64,000 nt of DNA from Armatimonadota bacterium (GTDB lineage: Bacteria; Armatimonadota; SYMT01), in NCBI GenBank assembly GCA_046292385.1, contig JBKBRF010000006.1, forward strand, positions 128,001 to 192,000, read 5' to 3'. Position numbers and translations under genes: made by a program. Of the stretch, positions 9,647-23,172 are shown piece by piece; position 1 is the first letter of the stretch; each line of letters opens with the position of its first letter. Under the pieces are notes generated by a model. The model saw only the letters and a program-made list of their open reading frames with translations. It ran no database searches and was not told the DNA's origin.

Positions 9647-12600
9647 TCAGCCCGCAGCGGCGAGCTGGGCGCCGGCGCAGTACTCGTCGATCGTCTTGCA
9701 GTTGGGGCGGCCGTCGCCCTCGTGCCCCTCGGCACGGGCGGTGAGGGCGTCGAGCAGCGCCGCAGCGGTGTCGAGGCTGGTGAGACACGGCACGCCGTTC
9801 TCCACCGCCGCGCGCCGCAGGAGGGCTGCTTCCCGCTCGGACCGCTTGTTGCGCGAGACGGTGTTGATCAGCAGGTTGACCTTGCCGTCCTGGATCAGCG
9901 AGATCAGCGTGCGGCCGCCCTCGTGGATCTTGTTCGCCTGCTCCGCGTCGATGCCGTTCTGCTGGAGGTAGGTCGCCGTCCCACCCGTGGCATAGATATG
10001 GTACCCCAGCGCGTGGTACCGCCGCAGCAGCGGGAGCGCCTCTTCCTTGTCCGGATCGGCGACCGTCGCGATGATCGCGCCGTGGCGCGGCACGTCGACC
10101 CCGCTCGCCACCATCGCCTTGTAGAGGGCGCGCGGGTAGTCGAGGTCGGTGCCCATGATCTCGCCGGTCGACTTCATCTCCGGCCCGAGGCTCACGTCGA
10201 CCTTCGTCAGCTTGGCGAAGCTGAAGACCGGCGCCTTCACGGAGACGTGCTCCACCGGCCGCTCGGCGCCGCCGGCGAAGAGGCCGGTCCGGTAGCCCAT
10301 GTCGCGCAGCTTCTCGCCGAGCATGCAGCGGGTCGCCACCTGCACCATCGAGACGCCGGTGATCTTGGAGAGGTAGGGGACGGTGCGGCTGGAGCGCGGG
10401 TTCACCTCCAGGATGTAGACCTCGTCGCCTTCGACCACGAACTGGATGTTCATCAGGCCGACGACCTTGAGCGCGCGGGCGACCCGGATGGCGTAGTCGA
10501 CCATCTTATCCTGAACCACGCGGGAGAGCGACTGCGGCGGGAAGACCGCCATCGAGTCGCCGCTGTGCACGCCGGCCCGCTCGATGTGCTCCATGATGCC
10601 GGGGATCAGGCAGTCCTCGCCGTCCCCGATCACGTCGACCTCGGCCTCTTTGCCGACCACGTACCGGTCGACCAGGATCGGTGCCTCGGGGCTGACGTCG
10701 ACCACGTACTTCATGTAGTTGAGCAGGTCTTCCCGGTTGTGGATGATCTCCATCGCCCGCCCGCCCAGCACGTAGGAGGGGCGCACCAGGACCGGGTAGC
10801 CGATCTCCTCCGCCACATCCAGCGCCGCCTCGGTGGAGCGCACGGCGCGGCCGGCCGGCTTGGGGATATCGAGCTCGCGGAGGAGCTGCTCGAAGCGGTC
10901 GCGGTCCTCCGCCATGTCGATCCCCTCGTAGGAGGTTCCGAACAGCTTCACGCCGGCGTCGTGGAGTGGCTTGGCGAGGTTGATCGCCGTCTGCCCGCCG
11001 AACTGGACGATCACGCCCTCCGGCTGCTCCTCGCGGATGATCGCGAGCATGTTCTCCACCGTCAGCGGCTCGAAGTAGAGCCGGTCCGAGGTGTCGAAGT
11101 CGGTGGAGACGGTCTCCGGGTTGTTGTTGACCACGATCGACTCGTAGCCGGCCTCCCGCAGTGCCCAGACGCTGTGGACCGTGCAGTAGTCGAACTCGAT
11201 CCCCTGGCCGATCCGGATCGGGCCGGAGCCGATCACGATCACCTTCTTCTTCGCCCCCTCCGGCCGGGCCGGCTCGACGAGATCGGCCCCGAGCCGGGCC
11301 TCGTCCTCGGTCTCGTAGGTGCTGTAGAAGTAGGGGGTTGCCGCCTCGAACTCCGCGGCGCAGGTATCGACCATCTTGTAGACCGGCTCGATCCCCTGCG
11401 CCCAGCGCAGCTCGCGGATCTCCGACTCGGAGACGCCGCACCGGTCCGCCAGGCTGCGGTCGCTGATCCCGCACCGCTTCGCCTCGCGCAGGTCCGCCAT
11501 GAACTCCGGATCGTCCGCGGACGGCTTCCGGCCCTCGAACCGGTCTTCCAGCCGCACCAGGTCCCGGATCTTGTAGAGGAACCACGGATCGATGTTGCTG
11601 GCCGACTGGACCTCCCGGATCTCCCAGCCGCGGCGGAACGCCTCCGCCACCGCGAAGAGCCGCTCGTCCGTGGCGGTGCGGAGCTCGCCCTCCAGCTCCA
11701 TCTCGGTCCAGAGCGGCGCGTTCTTGCTGCGGAGCCCGTGCGTGCCGACCTCCAGCGACCGCACCGCCTTCAGGAGCGCGCTCTCGAAGGTGCGGCCGAT
11801 CGCCATCACCTCGCCGGTCGCCTTCATCTGGCTGCCGATGGTGCGGTCCGCCGTGACGAACTTGTCGAACGGCCAGCGCGGGATCTTCACCACGCAGTAG
11901 TCGAGCGCCGGTTCGAAGCAGGCGAGCGTCTTGCGGGTGACGGCATTCTCGATCTCGTCGAGCCGCATGCCGATACAGATCTTGGCTGAGACGCGCGCGA
12001 TCGGGTAGCCCGTGGCCTTCGACGCCAGCGCGGAGGAGCGGCTCACGCGCGGGTTCACCTCGATCACGTAGTACTGGAAGCTCTTCGGATCGAGCGCGAG
12101 CTGCACGTTGCACCCGCCTTCGATGCCCAGCTCCCGGATGATCTTGAGCGACGCCGTCCGGAGCATCTGGTACTCCTTGTCCGACAGCGTCTGGCTCGGC
12201 GCCACCACGATGGAGTCCCCGGTGTGGATGCCCATCGGGTCGAGGTTCTCCATGTTGCAGATGGTGATGCAGGTATCCGCGCCGTCCCGCATCACCTCGT
12301 ACTCCACCTCTTTCCAGCCCTGGAGATAGCGCTCCACCAGGATCTGGTGCCGCATGGAGAGCTTCAGGCCGAGCGCCCCGATCTCCAGCATCTCCTTCAC
12401 GTCCCGCGCGATGCCGCCGCCGGTGCCGCCGAGCGTGTAGGCGGGGCGCACGATCAGCGGCCAGGGAAGGTCGGTCCGCTCCGCCAGATCCCGGAGCTGC
12501 TCCATGCTCTCGATGATCCAGCTCTCCGGCACCGGCTCCCCGATGCGCCGCATGAGGGAGCGGAACTCCTCGCGGTCTTCCGCCATGCGGATCGACTTCA

Positions 12601-12958
12601 GCGGGGTGCCGAGCAGCTCGACGTCGTACTTCTCCAGGATCCCCTGGGCGGCGAGCTTGGTCGCCAGGTTCAGCCCGGTCTGGCCGCCCAGGCCCGGCGC
12701 CAGGCCGTCCGGACGCTCCCGCGCGATCACCCGCTCCGCGAACTCCACGGTGAGCGGCTCGATGTAGACCCGGTCCGCGATCTCCGTATCGGTCATGATC
12801 GTGGCGGGGTTGGAGTTGATGAGGACGACTTCGCAGCCCTCTTCGCGGAGAGACTGGCACGCCTGGGTGCCGGCGTAGTCGAACTCCGCGGCCTGGCCGA
12901 TGATGATCGGACCGGAGCCGATCACCATCACTTTCTTGATTTCGGGTCTCTTAGGCAT
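9647..12958 (-). CDS. carB: Carbamoyl-phosphate synthase large subunit
   Basis: [17 protein letters not shown], duplicated ATP-grasp, [19 protein letters not shown]-terminal MGS domain. Confidence 0.99.
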   Translation of the reverse strand: MPKRPEIKKVMVIGSGPIIIGQAAEFDYAGTQACQSLREEGCEVVLINSNPATIMTDTEIADRVYIEPLTVEFAERVIARERPDGLAPGLGGQTGLNLATKLAAQGILEKYDVELLGTPLKSIRMAEDREEFRSLMRRIGEPVPESWIIESMEQLRDLAERTDLPWPLIVRPAYTLGGTGGGIARDVKEMLEIGALGLKLSMRHQILVERYLQGWKEVEYEVMRDGADTCITICNMENLDPMGIHTGDSIVVAPSQTLSDKEYQMLRTASLKIIRELGIEGGCNVQLALDPKSFQYYVIEVNPRVSRSSALASKATGYPIARVSAKICIGMRLDEIENAVTRKTLACFEPALDYCVVKIPRWPFDKFVTADRTIGSQMKATGEVMAIGRTFESALLKAVRSLEVGTHGLRSKNAPLWTEMELEGELRTATDERLFAVAEAFRRGWEIREVQSASNIDPWFLYKIRDLVRLEDRFEGRKPSADDPEFMADLREAKRCGISDRSLADRCGVSESEIRELRWAQGIEPVYKMVDTCAAEFEAATPYFYSTYETEDEARLGADLVEPARPEGAKKKVIVIGSGPIRIGQGIEFDYCTVHSVWALREAGYESIVVNNNPETVSTDFDTSDRLYFEPLTVENMLAIIREEQPEGVIVQFGGQTAINLAKPLHDAGVKLFGTSYEGIDMAEDRDRFEQLLRELDIPKPAGRAVRSTEAALDVAEEIGYPVLVRPSYVLGGRAMEIIHNREDLLNYMKYVVDVSPEAPILVDRYVVGKEAEVDVIGDGEDCLIPGIMEHIERAGVHSGDSMAVFPPQSLSRVVQDKMVDYAIRVARALKVVGLMNIQFVVEGDEVYILEVNPRSSRTVPYLSKITGVSMVQVATRCMLGEKLRDMGYRTGLFAGGAERPVEHVSVKAPVFSFAKLTKVDVSLGPEMKSTGEIMGTDLDYPRALYKAMVASGVDVPRHGAIIATVADPDKEEALPLLRRYHALGYHIYATGGTATYLQQNGIDAEQANKIHEGGRTLISLIQDGKVNLLINTVSRNKRSEREAALLRRAAVENGVPCLTSLDTAAALLDALTARAEGHEGDGRPNCKTIDEYCAGAQLAAAG

Positions 12959-12995
12959 CTGAATGCTTACTGCTGGTGATTGAAAAGAAAATGTC

Positions 12996-14111
12996 TTACT
13001 TGGAGCCGCCGGCCCCGCTCTGCGCTTCGAGCGCGGCGACGAAGCGGTTGAACAGGTAGGCGCTGTCCCGCGGGCCGGGGTTCGCCTCCGGGTGGTACTG
13101 GATGGTAAAGACCGGCAGCTCGCGGTGGCGCAGCCCTTCCACGGTCCCGTCGTTCAGGTTCACGTGGGTCACTTCCAGCCCGCTCTTCTCCAGGCCGGCG
13201 GGGTCGACGGCGTACCCGTGGTTCTGGCTGGTGATGTAGACGCGACCGGTCTCCAGGTCTTTCACCGGGTGGTTGCCGCCGCGGTGTCCGAACCGGAGCT
13301 TGAAGGTACCCGCCCCGAACGCCTTCCCGACGATCTGGTTGCCGAGGCAGATCCCGAAGGTCGGCTTGCCGCTGTGGATCAGCTTCCGGGCGGTCTCCAC
13401 CACGTCGGCCAGGTGCTTCGGGTCGCCCGGGCCGGGCGAGAAGGCGATGCCGTCCGGGTTGCGCTCCAGGATCTCTTCCGCGGAGGCGGTGCAGGGAAAG
13501 ACCGTGGTCCGCACCCCCTGCTCGCCGAGCGCGCGGAGGATGTTGTACTTCACGCCGCAGTCGAGCAGGCTCACGTCGAACACGCGGCCGTCGGGACGGG
13601 TGGCGGTCGGCTCCCACACGTACGGCTCCGGAGTGGTGACGCGGCGCACGAAGTCGATCGCGGTGTAGTCGGGCGAGCTCCGCAGGTGCGCGGTCGCCTC
13701 TTCCGCGTTCATCTCGGAGGTGACGACGCCCATCATCACGCCTTGCTCGCGGAGGCGGCGGGTGAGCGCGCGGGTATCGATCCCCTCGATGCCGACGACG
13801 TTGCTCCGGTGCAGGAACGACTGCAGGTCTTCGCCGGAGCGCCAGTTGCTCGGCATCTCGCAGAGCTGCTTCACGATGAAGCCGGAGACCTGCACCCCGC
13901 GGGATTCCAGGTCGAGCTCGGTCACCCCGTAGTTCCCGATGAGCGGATAGGTGAGGGTGAGGAGCTGACCCGCGTAGGAGGGGTCGGTCAGCATCTCCTG
14001 ATAGCCCGTCATCGAGGTGCTGAAGACCACCTCTCCGGTGACGGTACCTGCCGCGCCGATGCTGCGGCCCTCGAACACGGCTCCATCTTCCAGTACCAGC
14101 AAGCTTCGCAT
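12996..14111 (-). CDS. carA: Carbamoyl-phosphate synthase small subunit
   Basis: [35 protein letters not shown]. Confidence 0.99.
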   Translation of the reverse strand: MRSLLVLEDGAVFEGRSIGAAGTVTGEVVFSTSMTGYQEMLTDPSYAGQLLTLTYPLIGNYGVTELDLESRGVQVSGFIVKQLCEMPSNWRSGEDLQSFLHRSNVVGIEGIDTRALTRRLREQGVMMGVVTSEMNAEEATAHLRSSPDYTAIDFVRRVTTPEPYVWEPTATRPDGRVFDVSLLDCGVKYNILRALGEQGVRTTVFPCTASAEEILERNPDGIAFSPGPGDPKHLADVVETARKLIHSGKPTFGICLGNQIVGKAFGAGTFKLRFGHRGGNHPVKDLETGRVYITSQNHGYAVDPAGLEKSGLEVTHVNLNDGTVEGLRHRELPVFTIQYHPEANPGPRDSAYLFNRFVAALEAQSGAGGSK

Positions 14112-14178
14112 ACTACCTGTCCCACCTGTCCGCCCGAAGGTCCGGGCGCTCTCTCATCCAGATCTTCACGCGGTGCGC

Positions 14179-15501
14179 CTACCCGACGAGCTCGCCGTCC
14201 CGCACGAGCACCTTGCCGTCGACGATCGTCGCCACGGCCGCCCCGCGAAGCTCCCAGCCGAGGAACGGGGTGTTCTTGCTGCGGCTGTGGAGCGTCTCCT
14301 CGCTCACCACGAAGTCGCGGTCGACGTCGAGGATCGTCACGTCACCGGGGGCGCCGAGCTCCAGCGTGCCGATGCGGCGATCGACCCCGGCCGGGAGGTC
14401 GTGCCCGTCTCCGATCAGCACCCGCGCGGGGTTCACGGTGAGCTTCGCGATCGCGTCGGAGAGGGAGACGATGCCGGGGCGGACCAGCCGGTCGAGCGTG
14501 AGCGGCACCACCGTCTCCAGCCCCACCATCCCCATCAGCGCGCGGTCGAACTCGCAGTCCTTCTCCTGGATCGCGTGCGGCGCGTGGTCCGTGGCGATGC
14601 AGTCGAGCGTGCCGTCCTGCAGCCCTTCCAGCACCGCGGCGACGTCGTCCGCGCTCCGGAGCGGCGGGTTGACCTTGGCCTGTGTGTTGTAGCCGAGGCA
14701 CGCCTCGTCGGTGAGGCAGAAGTGGTGCGGGCAGCCCTCCGCGGTGACCGGCAGCCCCTGCGCCTTGGCGCGGCGGACCAGGTCGACCGAGACGCGCGTG
14801 GAGACGTGGCAGATGTGCACGCGGCACCCGGTGAGGCGGCTCAGCTCGATGTTGCGGGAGACCATGATGTCTTCCGCGGCGTTCGGGATCCCCCGCAGGC
14901 CGAGCAGCGTGGAGACCGGCCCCTCGTTCATCGCGCCGTCGCCGGCGAGCGCCTTGTCCTCGCAGTGGAGCGCCACGCCGCGGTGAAGCCCGTAGGCATA
15001 CTCCATCGCGCGCCGCATCACCTCGGCGTTCTGGATCGGGAAGGCGTCGTCGGAGAAGAGCGCGGCGCCGGAGGCGGAGAGGCGGCCCATCTCCGCCAGC
15101 TCTTTTCCGGCATTCTGCTTCGTCATGGAGGCGAAGACGTGCACCTTCACGCCGATCGCCTTCTCCGCCTTCTCCTGGATCAGCTCGACCACGGAGGGGT
15201 CGTCGATCGCCGGGTCGGTGTTCGGCATGCAGCAGACGTGCGCGAAGCCGCCCGCCGCCGCCGCGCGGGTGCCGGTGGCGATCGTCTCCTTGTACTCCTG
15301 GCCGGGCTCGCGCAGGTGCACGTGCACGTCGATGAAGCCGGGGCAGACGACGCGGTCCGAGGCGTCCAGCACCTCATGCCCGCCGTCCGGTAGCCCCTTG
15401 TCGATCGCCGTGACCCGTCCGTTCTCGATCAGGAGGTCCGCCTCCGTGTCGAGCCGCTGCGCGGGATCGATCACCCGCCCGTTCTTGATCAGCAGTCCCA
15501 T
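14179..15501 (-). CDS. pyrC: Dihydroorotase (type I)
   Basis: DVHVHLREPG, CMPNT, KVNPPLR, ATDHAPH, SKNTPF. Confidence 0.97.
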   Translation of the reverse strand: MGLLIKNGRVIDPAQRLDTEADLLIENGRVTAIDKGLPDGGHEVLDASDRVVCPGFIDVHVHLREPGQEYKETIATGTRAAAAGGFAHVCCMPNTDPAIDDPSVVELIQEKAEKAIGVKVHVFASMTKQNAGKELAEMGRLSASGAALFSDDAFPIQNAEVMRRAMEYAYGLHRGVALHCEDKALAGDGAMNEGPVSTLLGLRGIPNAAEDIMVSRNIELSRLTGCRVHICHVSTRVSVDLVRRAKAQGLPVTAEGCPHHFCLTDEACLGYNTQAKVNPPLRSADDVAAVLEGLQDGTLDCIATDHAPHAIQEKDCEFDRALMGMVGLETVVPLTLDRLVRPGIVSLSDAIAKLTVNPARVLIGDGHDLPAGVDRRIGTLELGAPGDVTILDVDRDFVVSEETLHSRSKNTPFLGWELRGAAVATIVDGKVLVRDGELVG

Positions 15502-15516
15502 CGAGCTGTCTTTCTC

Positions 15517-17184
<1,668 letters not shown>

Positions 17185-17267
17185 CCCAACCGGATTTCCT
17201 AATACTCTATCATCCACCCCCGGGGCTGTCACTGCGAACATCGCTCGCCGAGGGCTTTGGGGCGGTG

Positions 17268-17343
17268 CGGGCGTATACTGTGGGTATACGCCCGGCGGTT
17301 GAAACCGCGGCAACAACCGCACGAAGTCGGCCTGCGCCGACTG
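17268..17343. repeat. Palindrome plus REP-like element
   Basis: cgggcgtatac-tgtgg-gtatacgcccg followed by gcggttgaaaccgc and agtcggc-ctgc-gccgact hairpins. Confidence 0.5.
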
Positions 17344-17551
17344 AGGTGGCACCGCGGTGATTCCTGGCCGTCTGCATCGGAGTGCATCCGGTCAGTTTAG
17401 GGGCAGGTGCCTTCCGGATCGCCGGCAGTTGACTGCCGGCGGCGCCAAGGGCGGAGTTTACTCCGCATCCCTGCGCGTAACCGGGTGATGCTGCTTCGAC
17501 TTTCCGAATGCAGTACTGGAGATCAGAGAGCGGCGTCGAGAGGACGGAGTC

Positions 17552-18145
17552 ATGTCGGAGACAGCGGTACGACTACACCGGAAGACGCGGGACGACTACC
17601 GCGCGCTGCCGGAAGGGCCTCCCTACTACGAGCTGATCGACGGAGAGCTGATCGAGATGACGCGCCCTTCCGAGCTGCACAACGAGATCGCGCTTACCCT
17701 GGCGGAGTGGTGGCGGGCACATCTTCGGACCGGGGTGGGCGGCGCGCTCTCGATCGAGCCCAACCTCTACCTGCCGAATCTCGAATCGGTTTACCACCCG
17801 GACCTGGCCTACATCGCCCCGGAGCAGCGCTCGATTCGGAAGCGGGACGGCATCTACGGCGTCCCGCAGGTGATCTGCGAGATCCTCTCCCCGTCCACCG
17901 CCAGTCTGGACCGGTCGGTCAAGCTGAACGACTATCGCCGGGCTGGGGTGCCACACGTTTGGCTCGTCGACCCGGTGCGACCCGTGCTGGTCCAGGAGTT
18001 CGTGCTTGGCGAGAGCGGCGCCTACTCCCTTCACAGCAGCCTGACCGCACCGGCCGAATGGGAGCCGGCGGCGTTTCCGGGGTGGACCATCTCCCTCGCG
18101 GAGCTGGATGCTGCCGTGGCGTCGGTGGAGGAGGCTAGCGAGTAG
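17552..18145 (+). CDS. Uma2 family endonuclease-like protein
   Basis: YELIDGEL, HPDLAY, PQVICEILSPST, KLNDY..AGVPHVWLVDP. Confidence 0.92.
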   Translation: MSETAVRLHRKTRDDYRALPEGPPYYELIDGELIEMTRPSELHNEIALTLAEWWRAHLRTGVGGALSIEPNLYLPNLESVYHPDLAYIAPEQRSIRKRDGIYGVPQVICEILSPSTASLDRSVKLNDYRRAGVPHVWLVDPVRPVLVQEFVLGESGAYSLHSSLTAPAEWEPAAFPGWTISLAELDAAVASVEEASE

Positions 18146-18779
18146 GGAGCCGCAGGCGGTAGAGGTAGAGATCCGAATCCGAAGCGAGGGGCTCCACTTC
18201 CACCCGCCAGCCTTCCCGCTCCGCCAGCGCGAAGAAGTCGGCGCTCATCGGGCGGTCCGGATCGGCCAGGTAGGCGGTGCCGTCCGCCGCAAGCGAATCC
18301 GCCAGGACCCGCAGCAGCGGCGCATGCAGGGCGCGCTCGTAAGCGACGTCCGCGGCCAGGACCACCGGCCAGCGCCCGCGCAGCGGCCAGGCCCGCCAGT
18401 CGGCGGCGACGCACCGCACGCCGTTAAGACCGTTCCGCAGGGCGTTCCCTCGGGCCAGCACCGTGGCTTCCGGGAAACGGTCGGTCAGGGTGACACGGGC
18501 TCCCAGCGCCGCCGCGGCGAGGCCGACGATCCCCGTACCGCAGCCTAGCTCCAGCACGGGGAGGTGAGCCCAGCCGCCGCGAGCCAGCACCCACCTCGCC
18601 AGCGCCTCCCCGGCGGGCCAGATCACGGCCCAGTAGGGGAGGGCCTCCGCGTCCCGGACCTCGCCCATCAGCGCGTCGAGGTCCGGCGCTGCGTGCAACT
18701 CCAGCCGCACCTCCACTCCGGGGGAGGTGTAAGAAAGGAGATAAGGGGATGAGTTGAGGATGGGGGGATGGCCAGCCAC
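18135..18779 (-). CDS. Class I SAM-dependent methyltransferase (METTL21/Methyltransf_16-like)
   Basis: LPYWAVIWPAG, VLELGCGTG, LAADVAYE, ADPDR; start uncertain. Confidence 0.85.
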   Translation of the reverse strand: MAGHPPILNSSPYLLSYTSPGVEVRLELHAAPDLDALMGEVRDAEALPYWAVIWPAGEALARWVLARGGWAHLPVLELGCGTGIVGLAAAALGARVTLTDRFPEATVLARGNALRNGLNGVRCVAADWRAWPLRGRWPVVLAADVAYERALHAPLLRVLADSLAADGTAYLADPDRPMSADFFALAEREGWRVEVEPLASDSDLYLYRLRLPTR

Positions 18780-18891
18780 CCGAACTTAGCTCCTGCTCTT
18801 ACTCCTGCTCCTGCTCGCTGGCGACGCCCGGCGGTCCCGCATGTTGTCGCGAGCTCGCACTCTGGTTCTTGTGGCAGGACGCCGCGTTCCG

Positions 18892-19158
18892 CCGCCCCTC
18901 CAGGGCGGACACGAGGGCTTGCAGGAGTCCGGGGGCTGCGCTACGCGTTACCCCCGGCTAATCTCCTGCGCCCCTCCGGGGCGGTGAAATTCCGGATCGC
19001 CGGAGGTTGACCTCCGGCGGCACCGACGTGCGGAGCTCACTCCGCACGGTTTCCGGGTAGCCCTCCCGCCCCTCCAGGGCGGAACGTGGCGGCGGCTCCG
19101 AATCCGGGGGCTGCGCTGCGCTTGCGCCCCGGCTACCGTCTCGCGCCCCTCCGGGGCG
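18892..19158. repeat. Two direct copies of a ~92-bp palindromic REP-like unit with hairpins between
   Basis: ccgcccctccagggcgg...tccgggggctgcgct...ccccggcta...cgcccctccggggcg at 18892-18983 and 19066-19158. Confidence 0.8.
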
Positions 19159-19221
19159 CCATGCCCGACGCCCTCTGTCTCTCTGTCTCTCCGTCTCTCC
19201 GTCTCCGAAGGTCCCTACGTG

Positions 19222-20409
19222 TCAGCGACCGGCCGGCATCTCGGCAATCTTGAGGTTGCGGAACGAGAGGTCCGTGGTCGGGTCGTGGCCCTGGAGGCTC
19301 ACGACGCCGGGGGCGGCGCGGTAGCCCTGGCGGGCGTTGTTGTTCGGCGGGCGCATGTCGGTGAAGTCGCTCACCTGGATTCCGTTCACCCAGACCGCGA
19401 TGTGCGGGCCGTGCGCCACGATCGTCTTGGTGAACCACTCGCGGTCGCTCGGAATCACGCGCCGCGCCGGCTGGCGGTTGTAGACGCCGCCGGTGCCGTA
19501 GTCGACCGGCTTGGTGCGGTCGTCGCCTTCCCACTGGTTGCGGATCTGGCTCTCGTAGCCGCTCCAGAACTCACCCGGCGTGCCGCGGAAGAAGACGCCG
19601 CTGTTCAGGTGGGTGCCGTTGGAGATGATGTCGAGCTGGAAGACGAAATCGCCGAACTGCGCCTCGCTCTGGAGGTCGCCGTTCCCGTCCTTCACGTTCA
19701 GCCAGCCTTCCGGGGTGACGGAGTAGACCGACTTCCGTCCCGGAATCTCCTTCCAGCCGGTGAGGTCCTTGCCGTTGAAGAGGCTCTTCAGGCCGAGCGG
19801 CTGGAGCTTGACGTTCCGGAAGCGGACGGTGCCTTCGCCGTTGTACTGCAGGCCGATCGTGCCGCGCCGGTACTTCGAATCGCGGGTGTCGACCGTCTTC
19901 CGCCCGTTCAGCAGGACCACCAGGCGGTCACCGTCCGCGGTGATCTCGTAGCTGTTCCAGCGGCCGGTGGTGCGGGGCGCGCGGCCGGAGGCCCTGGCGA
20001 CGTCGTTGATGCTGCCGGTCGGCCACATCGGGTGCTTGTCGTAGATGTTCACCTCGTAGGCGTTCTGCTGCGTGATCTCGCCGGAGGTGGGGCAGCGGAG
20101 GAAGACGCCGCTGTTCGCGGCCTCGTCGACCCAGAACTCCGCCTTCAGGCGGTAGCTCGGAAAGACGGTGGTGGTGCTGAGGACTCCCTTACCGCTGCCG
20201 GGCACCGCCGCCAGGGTGCCGTTCTCTACGCGCCAGGTCGCGTCGCCGCGCTGCTCCCAGCCGAACGGCGTCTCTCCATCGAAGAGAAGGATCCAGCCGT
20301 CCGCGATCTCCTTCGCGGTAAGGGGGGTGGTGCCGCGCTCCTGCGCGCCCGCCGCCGCGGCGAGCAGGGTCAGCGCTGCCAGTGCTGCAAGTCGGATGAA
20401 GTGCTTCAT
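19222..20409 (-). CDS. Secreted tandem DUF1080 (3-keto-disaccharide hydrolase-like) protein
   Basis: Signal peptide; LLFDG/LFNGKDLTGW, NSGVF twice, LQGHD, FRNLKI. Confidence 0.9.
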   Translation of the reverse strand: MKHFIRLAALAALTLLAAAAGAQERGTTPLTAKEIADGWILLFDGETPFGWEQRGDATWRVENGTLAAVPGSGKGVLSTTTVFPSYRLKAEFWVDEAANSGVFLRCPTSGEITQQNAYEVNIYDKHPMWPTGSINDVARASGRAPRTTGRWNSYEITADGDRLVVLLNGRKTVDTRDSKYRRGTIGLQYNGEGTVRFRNVKLQPLGLKSLFNGKDLTGWKEIPGRKSVYSVTPEGWLNVKDGNGDLQSEAQFGDFVFQLDIISNGTHLNSGVFFRGTPGEFWSGYESQIRNQWEGDDRTKPVDYGTGGVYNRQPARRVIPSDREWFTKTIVAHGPHIAVWVNGIQVSDFTDMRPPNNNARQGYRAAPGVVSLQGHDPTTDLSFRNLKIAEMPAGR

Positions 20410-20601
20410 GGATTCTCCCGCCTGGCCGCCAGGCTCCGCGGCCACACGGGTTCAGTTTACTTCATCTCCGGAGAACGTCCGCCGGGACCGCCCTCTAGTC
20501 GGCGCGAGCAGACGCCAGAATAGGTAGAGACGACGCCGGATCGACGCATGTTCCGTTTTCCCGCAGGGGATCGGCGGCAGGGGAAAGGTGGCCGGAGAGA
20601 G

Positions 20602-21168
20602 ATGCGCTGGGGCTTCTTCAGGAAGAACCGCGAGCCGGAGGCGGGCTCGGCCGGAGCGGCCCCCGCGCCGGACCTCCCGTCGGCGGAGATCGACGACGAG
20701 CTCGCCTTCCTCCGGAGTCGTCCGGACTTCGACGAAGAGGAGATGGCTTCCGTCAGCCCGACGGCCGGGCCGGTGGTGACCGAGTCTCCCCGGGACGTGC
20801 GGGAGCCGTGGCAGCTCGCGGCGGAAGCGGTGGCGGCCCTGGGCGAGCGCACTCCGGTGGCTCCCCGGCCGTTCGCTACCGGCACCACCGCCTCGGCAGC
20901 GCCCGCGGAGGAGCTGACCGAAGAGGACCGCATGCTCGGCGCGCTGCTCGCGGAAGCGATGGGGCTGCCGGGAAGGGAGCCGGAAGTCGGATCCGCGCAG
21001 GTCGAGGCATCGCCCTCGGAGCGGGTGACCGGCGAGGTACTGGCGGCCCTGGTGCCGGAGTGGGCGGACGAGGCGCGCAGCCCGGCCGACCTGCTCGACC
21101 TGGCGTTGGAACGTGGTGAGAACGCGGGGCTTATCCCCGACCGCATCGATTCACAGGCGGGTGGCTAG
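20602..21168 (+). CDS. Hypothetical acidic low-complexity protein
   Basis: MRWGFFRK..., Glu/Ala/Pro-rich; first gene of a co-oriented cluster. Confidence 0.6.
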   Translation: MRWGFFRKNREPEAGSAGAAPAPDLPSAEIDDELAFLRSRPDFDEEEMASVSPTAGPVVTESPRDVREPWQLAAEAVAALGERTPVAPRPFATGTTASAAPAEELTEEDRMLGALLAEAMGLPGREPEVGSAQVEASPSERVTGEVLAALVPEWADEARSPADLLDLALERGENAGLIPDRIDSQAGG

Positions 21169-21186
21169 CCCGTCGTTCAGCAAGCT

Positions 21187-22296
21187 ATGCAAACGCTCGC
21201 GATCATCAGTCATAAAGGCGGCGCCGGCAAGACCAGCTCCTCCGTAATGCTGGCCGAAGAGCTGGCGGGGCGCGGCTACCGGGTAGTGCTCGTGGATGCC
21301 GACCGGCAGCGCGGCGCGGGACTCCTGCTCGGCATCGAGCAGCCGACCGGGTCGGTGCAGCAGACGCAGCACGCCCGCCTGCGCTACTTCTGCAGTGCGG
21401 GAGTGCCGCTGCGGGAGCTACCGCAGCGCGCGCAAGAGCTTTCCGGGCTCTTCGACGTGGCGGTGGTCGACACCCCGTCGCTCGACGACCCGCTGGCCCG
21501 CGGCTGGATCCAGGTGGCCTCGCACGCGCTGATGGTGATTCCGGTGGAGCCGATCAGCATGCGCACCCTCGGCGCCGCCGAGGCGACGCTGGGGAGCGTC
21601 CGGAAGCTGAACCAGGGTATCGAGGTGATCGGGCTGCTCCCGACGATGTTCGACGAGTCGGAGTCGACGCAGCGCACGCTGATGCTGGAGCTCCGCTCGC
21701 GGCAGGGCGACGTGCTGCTGCCGGTCTCGATCCCGCAGGATTCCGGCCTCGCCCACCGGGCCGAGCAGAAGGCGGAGCGGCGTACCGCGCCAGCTCCCGC
21801 TACGCTGCAGGCCTATGCCGGCGCGGCCGACTTCGCGATCCAGAAGCTGCGCCTGGAGAGCCCGGCGGCGGCTCCGGCCGCCGCGGTGCCGGCGGCGATC
21901 GGGGCGCCCGCGGCCCCGGCTTCTTCGAACGGGGCCGCCGTCCCGCCCTGGTCGGCGCGCCGCCGCCCCGAAGCTGCCCCGGCGCCGGTGGCGGCCCCGG
22001 CCGCAGCCGTGGCGGCGCAGAGCGCTGCCCAGCCGGCAGCAGCCCGCCCGGAGCCGGCAGCGGTCGCGGCTCCCGCGGCAGCCGCCCCGGCCCCGGCACC
22101 GATGCCGGCGGCCGCACCCGCGGGCGGCGCGAAGTGGACGCTGCTCCACACGGTGATCGTGGTGCTGGCGGTCGCGGTCGCGGTGCTCGCCACCGTGCTG
22201 TTCATGCGCACCCCCGACGCCGCCGTTCCGGCGCCCGGCGCCGGCGTCCAGCAGCCCCAGAACCCGGCGGGCGCCCCCGCCGGCCAGCCGAAATAG
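21187..22296 (+). CDS. ParA/MinD family ATPase with Ala/Pro linker and C-terminal TM helix
   Basis: Deviant Walker A HKGGAGKT, VLVDAD, VVDTP, LLPTMFD; hydrophobic VIVVLAVAVAVLATVLF. Confidence 0.88.
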   Translation: MQTLAIISHKGGAGKTSSSVMLAEELAGRGYRVVLVDADRQRGAGLLLGIEQPTGSVQQTQHARLRYFCSAGVPLRELPQRAQELSGLFDVAVVDTPSLDDPLARGWIQVASHALMVIPVEPISMRTLGAAEATLGSVRKLNQGIEVIGLLPTMFDESESTQRTLMLELRSRQGDVLLPVSIPQDSGLAHRAEQKAERRTAPAPATLQAYAGAADFAIQKLRLESPAAAPAAAVPAAIGAPAAPASSNGAAVPPWSARRRPEAAPAPVAAPAAAVAAQSAAQPAAARPEPAAVAAPAAAAPAPAPMPAAAPAGGAKWTLLHTVIVVLAVAVAVLATVLFMRTPDAAVPAPGAGVQQPQNPAGAPAGQPK

Positions 22297-22312
22297 ACGC
22301 GAGGAGCCACGG

Positions 22313-23143
22313 ATGGAGTATTCAGCTCAAGCTCAGGCAGCCTCCGGATATGGGACCGCGGGCATCCACGCGCCCCAGGCCTCCGGCAGGCAGCGCGCGC
22401 TCCGGCGCATCATGTTCGCCAGCCAGAAGGGCGGGGTCGGCAAGACCGCGTCGGCGGTGAACGTGGCGGCGAGCCTGGGCCTCTCCGGCTACCGCACGCT
22501 GCTGGTGGACACCGATCCGATCGGCAGCGTCGGCGCCTGCTTCGGGGCCTCGGTCGCTCCCGGGCATCCCGGCCTCTTCGGCATCGAGCAGTGGGAGCTG
22601 GCCGACCTGGTGATCCCGGAAGTCGGCACGAACCTCGACCTGCTTCCCTACGCGGAAGACCGCCGCGCCATCGACTTGAACGCGCTGCACCGCTCGCTGG
22701 TGGAGCTGGGGCGGCGCGCGGCGGGTGAATACGACTACGTGATCATCGACACGCGCCCGTCGGTGGCGGACATGACCCGGCGGCTCTGCCAGGTGGTGGA
22801 CGAGGTGGTGGTGGTGTTCCAGTGCCACCCGCTCGCCTACCGCACGCTCGGCGGTATCCTCGGGCAGCTCCGCGACGCCCGGGCCGACGGTGCCGGCGCC
22901 AACCTGCTGGGCCTGCTGCTCACGATGGTCGACCCGTCCGACCCGAACCAGGCGCAGCTCGAAACCCACATCCGCCGCAGCCTCGGCGCGGCGATGCTCC
23001 CGATCTCCATTCCCCAGGACCAGACCGTGCAGGAAGGGCTGATGGAAGACCGGCCCGCCGTGCTCTACCGGCCCGACTCGCCGTCCGCACGCGCCTATCG
23101 GCAGTTGACGGAGCACCTGGTCAGCGCGCGGACCCTGGCGTAG
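22313..23143 (+). CDS. ParA/Soj family ATPase
   Basis: SQKGGVGKT, LLVDTDP, YDYVIIDTRP, LLLTMVD, PDSPSARAYRQL. Confidence 0.92.
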   Translation: MEYSAQAQAASGYGTAGIHAPQASGRQRALRRIMFASQKGGVGKTASAVNVAASLGLSGYRTLLVDTDPIGSVGACFGASVAPGHPGLFGIEQWELADLVIPEVGTNLDLLPYAEDRRAIDLNALHRSLVELGRRAAGEYDYVIIDTRPSVADMTRRLCQVVDEVVVVFQCHPLAYRTLGGILGQLRDARADGAGANLLGLLLTMVDPSDPNQAQLETHIRRSLGAAMLPISIPQDQTVQEGLMEDRPAVLYRPDSPSARAYRQLTEHLVSARTLA

Positions 23144-23172
23144 GCCCGCGGTTTCACAACAGGTAGTAAGTG

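Noticed and set aside
18892..19158. Possible CRISPR array
   Set aside because: Only two long degenerate palindromic units, no regular repeat-spacer period, no cas genes.
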